Shown here piece by piece: positions 6,900-12,181 of a DNA stretch of 12,181 nucleotides. A model generated the notes under the pieces. It worked only from the letters and a program-made list of their open reading frames with translations, did no database searches and was not told the origin of the DNA. Every line of letters starts with the position of its first letter. The first letter of the stretch is position 1. The DNA is from Pseudobacteriovorax sp. GTDB taxonomy: Bacteria > Bdellovibrionota_B > Oligoflexia > Oligoflexales > Oligoflexaceae. Position numbers and translations under genes: made by a program. The stretch lies in NCBI GenBank assembly GCA_050293845.1, contig JBNKNM010000173.1:1-12181 (forward strand). Direction: 5' to 3'.

Positions 6900-8297
6900 C
6901 TAACCATTGGATTTAACGGTTAAAATCTGTCCTGCGTAGATGCGATTGCGGCGTAGGCGGTTAAGTTTTTTAAGGGCTCTAACCGTAGTCTGAAATTTCT
7001 TGGCGATAGTATAGAGATTATCACCGCGACGGACCTTGTAGCGCTGCGTATCTGAAGAGAGAATTTTGAGGCGCGTCCCAGCATAGATACGGCTGCCCCG
7101 AATGCCGTTGATCCTTTTTAGCGCCCTTATGGTCAAGTTATAGCGTTTGGATATGCTAGCTAAAGTGTCTCCACGACGTACGCGATGGTATTTGCGGGAG
7201 CCGTGGGTTCGGGGTGCCCTGATATTGAGCACATGCTTTTTCAGATTATCGCTTGCTGCTAGAAGCTGCTCTTTTCTCCCCTGAGGCATCCATATTGTAT
7301 AGGTCGACTTACCAGGTGGAGTCATTTTCTTGGTTAAATGGGGGTTATGAAGAGCCAGTTCTTTGTATGGTATTTTGGTCTCACGAGCAATTTTTGACAG
7401 CTTTATCGGGCTCGGTACCGCAACTGCTGTGAGTATCGGTTGATCGGGTGAAGGGTTTATTGTAAAGCCAAATTTGCTGGTATTGCTAGATATAATGTAA
7501 GCAGCCAGAAATTTTGGTATATAGTGCATGGTTTCACGGGGAAGGTGTTTACTCCGTGCTAGTTCCCAAAAGTTTCTGGATTTGCCTTTCATGATAGCGC
7601 GCAAAATCCTCATTTCACCGGCATTATATGCAGCCATGGCTAAGTACCATGAGTCGAACACATTTTTTAAATCGTTTAGATAAATGGCCGCTGCAATGGT
7701 TGCACGCATGGGGTCTTTTCTTTCATCCACATAGGAGTCTATTCTCAGGCCATAGCGTCGTCCCGTTCCCCGAATAAACTGCCAAAGTCCTACAGCTGAT
7801 GCTCTTGATTTCGCCGTTGTAATGAAGCCGCTTTCAATCATAGCTAGGTAATATAGTTCGGTGGGAACGCCTTGATCTTTCAGTGTCGAAACAATCATAT
7901 TCTTATATTTTTCGCCACGATCTAGGTAGCGTTGAAACATTTCTCGGTGACGTCCCGTAAAAAAGTCGATCCAGTACTCCACCTCGTTGTTGATTTCAAC
8001 GGGAATACCGTGCCGTATGGATTCATTGATCTCATCTTTTTCAGTTCCAATTTCAACTTTATTAGAGGGTAGTACATCAGAATTCTCTGCAAGCACTTCA
8101 TCGATCTCATCGGGAACAACTTCGGGTTCTGTTTCGCTAACCCCGCTATCTAGTTCAATAGAGCCGTACTTACTAATCAGTGGCCCGTTTTCGTAGGGAT
8201 ATTGGGTAGTGGAGCTGCATTGAACTAGAAAGAAAAGCAAGCCCAAGCATAGCTTTGACTTGCTGAAAAAAGCTTTAAAATAAGGCAATTTTTGCAC
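6900..8297 (-). CDS. mltD: Membrane-bound lytic murein transglycosylase D-like lipoprotein (SLT domain + LysM repeats)
   Basis: AMIESGF (catalytic Glu), SAVGLWQF, AAYNAGE, LPRETMHYIPK. Two clear LysM domains (YHRVRRGDTLASIS, YKVRRGDNLYTIA) plus a degenerate one. Signal ends in LVQ-C. The GGAGG SD abuts GTG 8297, so TTG 8288 may be the real start. Confidence 0.93.
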   Translation of the reverse strand: MQKLPYFKAFFSKSKLCLGLLFFLVQCSSTTQYPYENGPLISKYGSIELDSGVSETEPEVVPDEIDEVLAENSDVLPSNKVEIGTEKDEINESIRHGIPVEINNEVEYWIDFFTGRHREMFQRYLDRGEKYKNMIVSTLKDQGVPTELYYLAMIESGFITTAKSRASAVGLWQFIRGTGRRYGLRIDSYVDERKDPMRATIAAAIYLNDLKNVFDSWYLAMAAYNAGEMRILRAIMKGKSRNFWELARSKHLPRETMHYIPKFLAAYIISSNTSKFGFTINPSPDQPILTAVAVPSPIKLSKIARETKIPYKELALHNPHLTKKMTPPGKSTYTIWMPQGRKEQLLAASDNLKKHVLNIRAPRTHGSRKYHRVRRGDTLASISKRYNLTIRALKRINGIRGSRIYAGTRLKILSSDTQRYKVRRGDNLYTIAKKFQTTVRALKKLNRLRRNRIYAGQILTVKSNG

Positions 8298-8513
8298 CCT
8301 CCCCTGATTCTGTCATATTTCGCATAGCGTACAATGGAAGACCGGCAATAGACAAGGCCAATTAAGGGATGAGTTTTTGCGATCAACCGTAGCCTTGCAA
8401 TAGAAATATTTTAACCGAAAAAACCGGGAATGCCCACCACCATTCGGGAGAAGATGGCTATTACTAGCAAATTCCTATAGAACTGATGTTCTTAATTAAC
8501 GGAATGGATAAAT

Positions 8514-9287
8514 ATGGAAATAACCTTTTTTGAATATGTCGTGTTATTTTTGTCGATTGGTTTTGCCGGCTTTGTCGATGCGATCGCCGGGGGAGGCGGG
8601 CTTTTAACCATTCCTATTTATATGTCTATAGGAGTACCAACACACCTAATTCTAGGTACTAACAAACTTGTAAGTACTTCAGGAACCTCGGTAGCTGTCT
8701 GGCGATATGTAAGACAGAAAGTGATTCACTGGAAGTTAATGGCGGTCGCCATTATCATGGGGATGGGGGGAGCTTTTTTCGGAGCCCGTTTATCCATTTA
8801 CCTTTCTCTAGAAATGATGGTAGTTATTCTTATCATCATTATTCCTGTGATATTTTTGCTGCAAAAGAAACTAGACCATAAAGGTAAGAGTAGCGGCAAT
8901 CTGCAAGATAACAGATCTACAATGATAAAAGCCGGGCTTTTGGGAAGTATTATTGGTATGTATGACGGGTTGTTTGGACCTGGTACGGGTACTTTTCTCA
9001 TTATTGGTTTTGTCTTATTTCTACACATGAACTACAGACAAGCAAGTGCGAACGGACGTATCATAAATTATATCACGAATCTATCTGCGTTGGTATTTTT
9101 CATAGGAGAAGGCAGGATTTACTGGCCGGTTGCAGGGGTAGCCCTTGCTGGTGCCATGATCGGTAATTATATAGGTAGTGGTCTCGTGCTCACACGGGCG
9201 GAAAAGATTGTGGGACCTATATTTAAGCTAGTTTTATTGGCGCTTCTTGGCAAATGTATATTTGATATTTATCAGGGACGGATTTAG
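8514..9287 (+). CDS. TSUP family (sulfite exporter TauE/SafE, YfcA-like) membrane transporter
   Basis: 257 aa, about 8 TM segments, family motifs FAGFVDAIAGGGGL, GTNK and YDGLFGPGTGTF. Confidence 0.92.
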   Translation: MEITFFEYVVLFLSIGFAGFVDAIAGGGGLLTIPIYMSIGVPTHLILGTNKLVSTSGTSVAVWRYVRQKVIHWKLMAVAIIMGMGGAFFGARLSIYLSLEMMVVILIIIIPVIFLLQKKLDHKGKSSGNLQDNRSTMIKAGLLGSIIGMYDGLFGPGTGTFLIIGFVLFLHMNYRQASANGRIINYITNLSALVFFIGEGRIYWPVAGVALAGAMIGNYIGSGLVLTRAEKIVGPIFKLVLLALLGKCIFDIYQGRI

Positions 9288-9392
9288 TTGTTCATCTAAC
9301 TGACACATTGCTTATAGTTTGGAAAGAAGTAAGGTTACAAGGTAAGGGCCATTTCTCACATCGGGCTATATAACTCCATCAGAGGAGGTCAC

Positions 9393-10190
9393 ATGAAGCG
9401 AATTAGTGCGATTATTAGGTTGATGCTACTCATGCAATGCTTTGGACTTGCATTCATATTTTATTTCAAAGGGTCCAAGATAGGAAATTATCTGTTTTTG
9501 GAACAGTCATGGATCGAGACTTCTAGCCGATATTTAGATTATATTCTTATCGGATCCCTGATTGTCTTAGCATTCATAAATATTTTAAAGCCGCGATTTT
9601 CCTTTTTGCTTGTATTATTTTCAATATTTCTCTCAGAGGCCTATTTTACCTATATTTTAGGAGGTTCCGTAGGCAGTGAAGGAGCGTTGTTTGGACAATT
9701 CGCTCGCTATTCTTGGCCTTTAATATTAGCGTTTTCAATTAGCAAACGAAGGTCTTTTCCCCTTGTTGACAGGCACTCTTGTTTTATTTTCCAGATTGCC
9801 ATTGGCATTACCTTTATGACCCATGGCTGGGAAGCGTGGCGTCTTGCACCTAGGTTTATTGATTACTTGGTACTTGCCTTTAATAAATTCTTTGCCATTA
9901 ATCTGCTGGAAAGCCAAGCACAGTTGCTGCTGCGTGGCATTGGGTTAGCAGATATTATGCTAGGAATTTGGGTTATCATCAGGCCAAATCTGGGGATTCT
10001 AACTTATATGGGAATCTGGGGGTTTGTTACAGCCTACATGCGTGTTGTATTTAGTGGCTGGGTGGGAGTCCCCGACTTTATGATTAGATCTGCGCACTGG
10101 ATAGTACCAATTATCATAGCGATAGCGTTAAGTAGTCCCGTGGTGACAAAGAAGCGTGCTATCCGAGGCAAGATTGAACCAGTAGCCTAA
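9393..10190 (+). CDS. Polytopic membrane protein with two DoxX-like halves
   Basis: AGGAGG SD, 265 aa, about 7-8 hydrophobic segments. IAIGITFMTHGWEA resembles the DoxX F-x-x-H-G motif, and the two halves align with each other. The ORF is solid; the family call is tentative. Confidence 0.7.
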   Translation: MKRISAIIRLMLLMQCFGLAFIFYFKGSKIGNYLFLEQSWIETSSRYLDYILIGSLIVLAFINILKPRFSFLLVLFSIFLSEAYFTYILGGSVGSEGALFGQFARYSWPLILAFSISKRRSFPLVDRHSCFIFQIAIGITFMTHGWEAWRLAPRFIDYLVLAFNKFFAINLLESQAQLLLRGIGLADIMLGIWVIIRPNLGILTYMGIWGFVTAYMRVVFSGWVGVPDFMIRSAHWIVPIIIAIALSSPVVTKKRAIRGKIEPVA

Positions 10191-10231
10191 GGATGCTATG
10201 ATACCGCAGATTGAAAACCTGCGCTATGTTG

Positions 10232-10257
10232 ATACGGCTGGTGGCCGTATGTTTTTA
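10232..10257 (+). terminator. Intrinsic terminator candidate after the TSUP/DoxX-like genes
   Basis: ATACGGC-TGGTG-GCCGTAT is a perfect 7-bp stem followed by GTTTTTA. Confidence 0.55.
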
Positions 10258-10338
10258 TATGTGGGAGAGCATAAAACTGTAAAAATGCTTCGTGTTGTCC
10301 GAGGCGATCACAAAACCGTTATCTTTTAAAACAGGCTC

Positions 10339-10365
10339 TTATCGGAAATTTAAGCCTGCGGTTCA
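10339..10365 (-). promoter_or_regulatory. Candidate sigma28 (FliA)-type promoter with no downstream protein gene
   Basis: Minus strand TGAA-N15-TCCGATAA versus TAAA-N15-GCCGATAA (3/4 and 7/8, exact spacing). Confidence 0.45.
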
Positions 10366-10492
10366 AGGGTCAAGAATATTAAATCTCTATTCAAATAGTA
10401 ATATAAACCGTTAATTACATACTACACTTTTTTTAATTCCCAAAATTCCGAACCGTCTTGTACCACAGTCTTAAAAATTGAGGAGAGAGCAA

Positions 10493-10894
10493 TTGGATAT
10501 CTATTTTGCTAATCGTGAATTTAATGATCCTATGTATAAAAATCAGGATTATCTGAATCAACAAGCCCAGTTTATTTCAGTTCTACGCATGAAAACCAAT
10601 AATTTTTCAATCAGAGGTGGTGAACTGCACCTGGAGAAAAATGGTGTTATATACAAAGAAGTGGGTTATTTGCATATTGAGTTGCGCAATGTAAAGTCAG
10701 TGACTGTTTGTATCCCTAAATTAGGTATTAACTATAGTTTGCATGAATTATTTCGTATTTGGAATAAAAATCGCGATGCAGATAAATACGAGCTGCCTGG
10801 AGGGTTTTTAAGTGATAATCTAGTCGATTTTTTGGGAAATTGTCACGATATTTTGACTGTAAAGTTTCAAGATGAATGGAAATTGGCGAGCTAG
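10493..10894 (+). CDS. Hypothetical cytoplasmic protein
   Basis: ORF track start is 10478, but AGGAG (10481-10485) sits 7 nt before in-frame TTG 10493, giving 133 aa. No recognised family. A weak hairpin GGCGAG-CTAGT-CTCGTT plus T-tract overlaps the stop. Confidence 0.75.
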   Translation: MDIYFANREFNDPMYKNQDYLNQQAQFISVLRMKTNNFSIRGGELHLEKNGVIYKEVGYLHIELRNVKSVTVCIPKLGINYSLHELFRIWNKNRDADKYELPGGFLSDNLVDFLGNCHDILTVKFQDEWKLAS

Positions 10895-10936
10895 TCTCGT
10901 TGATTTTTTAACCTTGAAACTGATTGCTTTTATACT

Positions 10937-10963
10937 TAACTATCCCCAGTAATCTGACGATGA
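10937..10963 (+). promoter_or_regulatory. Candidate sigma28 (FliA)-type promoter
   Basis: TAAC-N15-GACGATGA (3/4 and 6/8, exact spacing), ending 36 nt upstream of ATG 11000. Confidence 0.4.
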
Positions 10964-10999
10964 GTATATTGCTGATCTATGAAATACTAGGAACAACAC

Positions 11000-12073
11000 A
11001 TGAAAATCTTGCTGATTTTTTTATTTATCTTAGTAAATCAAACTGTGAGTATGGCTAGTATAAGTCCACGAGATGTTGTTAGCGATATAAGAGTTTTGAC
11101 TGATGAATTGTTAGCCGCTGGACAAGATCCTGAAGGGCGTTTGTTTAGCGATTTTTATAGTGATGTTAAGATATTATCAAACTTTATGCCAAGTCAAGGA
11201 CAGGCTAAAGGGCAGTTCCTCAAATCATGGGAGCTAAGGAAAAAATTAGAAAAACAATGGGATATATTGAAACTGCGCGCCAATAGTGAGGAGAAGCAGC
11301 TCATAGATGGTTTCTTCAAATTGCGGCAAAATGGTCACTACGGTAAAGCAAGAATTCAAGCCCAGAAGATCGATTCTCTACCCAGGAGAAGTTACGAAAT
11401 ACCACAACCTCTTTTGGACGAATATCGTCAGAAGGTAAAAGAAAAATTGCGTCAACTCCCACTGCAGCTAAATGTAGGTGAAACGAAGCTAACTAGTAAA
11501 GGGCAGGAGAGCGTCTTTTCACTACGTGCTAAGACAAAGCCTGAGGATGGTGCGAGTCAAAACGATACTTATACCAAAAACAACAGCATGACACCTTTTG
11601 TGCTCTCAGCCGCAGCTTTAATGCTAGTGGGAATCGCAGTGGCTATTATGAAAAGGCCGCGAAATGTTTCAACAAGATCCACTAACACTCTAGATTTACA
11701 CGTAGAAAAAGAGAAAATCTCGACAGGAAAATCGTTTTCACAATCCATGTATGATGATTTAAATAGTGAAGGCTTGTTTTTTAAACCTCTAAGCATAGTT
11801 GGTCTACCGATACAGAATCGCGAAGATATTCAATTGGAACTCATACAACTAGGCGAGAAGCTAAAGACTAATCTCAGTGATGTTGAAACTAAGAAGGTTC
11901 TGAAACAAGCGTATATTTCATTTCAAAGTAAAATTAAACAGTTAAAGAAAAGTCAGAATAATCCAACAGAAAATCAAAGGCTTATCGAGGCTTATCGGGT
12001 AATTTTGAAAATTATCAAGCAGGTTGTCGGAAGACAAGCAAGCAATATATCAGCAAAAATAGCTGCTGCTTAA
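11000..12073 (+). CDS. Hypothetical single-pass (type I) membrane protein
   Basis: 357 aa, AGGA SD. N-terminal signal peptide, helical extracytoplasmic domain, TM FVLSAAALMLVGIAVAIM followed by basic KRPR, and a helical cytoplasmic domain ending KIAAA. Confidence 0.85.
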   Translation: MKILLIFLFILVNQTVSMASISPRDVVSDIRVLTDELLAAGQDPEGRLFSDFYSDVKILSNFMPSQGQAKGQFLKSWELRKKLEKQWDILKLRANSEEKQLIDGFFKLRQNGHYGKARIQAQKIDSLPRRSYEIPQPLLDEYRQKVKEKLRQLPLQLNVGETKLTSKGQESVFSLRAKTKPEDGASQNDTYTKNNSMTPFVLSAAALMLVGIAVAIMKRPRNVSTRSTNTLDLHVEKEKISTGKSFSQSMYDDLNSEGLFFKPLSIVGLPIQNREDIQLELIQLGEKLKTNLSDVETKKVLKQAYISFQSKIKQLKKSQNNPTENQRLIEAYRVILKIIKQVVGRQASNISAKIAAA

Positions 12074-12181
12074 CCGGAAAGTTTATTTGTAAAGTGTGCC
12101 TTGAATTGTGCTGGAGAGAAGCTCTAACATTTTAATATCATAGATATTTGTATTTTTGATACAGGTGTGCTTAAAAGTAAG

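Noticed and set aside
6912..6924. Palindrome TTTAAC-G-GTTAAA
   Set aside because: Inside the last codons of mltD, AT-rich and short; likely chance.
10336..10375. SAM-I riboswitch-like opening CTCTTATC
   Set aside because: The downstream SAM-I core elements (GAGGGA, GCAACC, GTGC, closing GATAA) are absent.
10945..10990. Hammerhead-like CTGACGA...GAAA core
   Set aside because: No closing pair for stem II and no room for stem I. The sequence is better explained as a sigma28-like -10 box.
7922..11796. ORFs 7922-8119, 7987-8196, 8798-9028, 9735-9917, 11569-11796
   Set aside because: Alternative-frame or antisense ORFs within mltD, TSUP, the DoxX-like gene and the 357-aa gene.
1..12181. CRISPR array, tRNA/rRNA, IS, prophage or defence system
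   Set aside because: No regularly spaced repeats, tRNA cloverleafs, or transposase, integrase, nuclease or phage-like proteins were recognised.

Overview
Bacterial chromosomal window, inferred from gene style (not from a marker gene) to come from a Bdellovibrionota/Oligoflexia-like organism. It contains the 3' end of an upstream CDS, two convergent lipoproteins (a putative beta-solenoid protein and a vWA/MIDAS protein) and a lipoprotein/membrane hypothetical. These are followed by a sufE + class II DAHP synthase operon, a coiled-coil protein, a group II truncated hemoglobin, an MltD-type lytic transglycosylase with LysM domains, a TauE/SafE (TSUP) transporter, a tandem DoxX-like membrane protein and two AT-rich hypotheticals. 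I found no rRNA, tRNA, CRISPR array, transposase or phage gene. The most interesting unexplained signals are non-coding: three correctly spaced sigma28/FliA-like promoters, one of which points into an ORF-less, hairpin-rich ~140-nt segment (candidate sRNA) and another into an 81-codon ORF coupled to the vWA lipoprotein. There is also a loose sulfur/redox gene theme. All novel-system claims are hypotheses from reading the sequence by eye; no searches were run.
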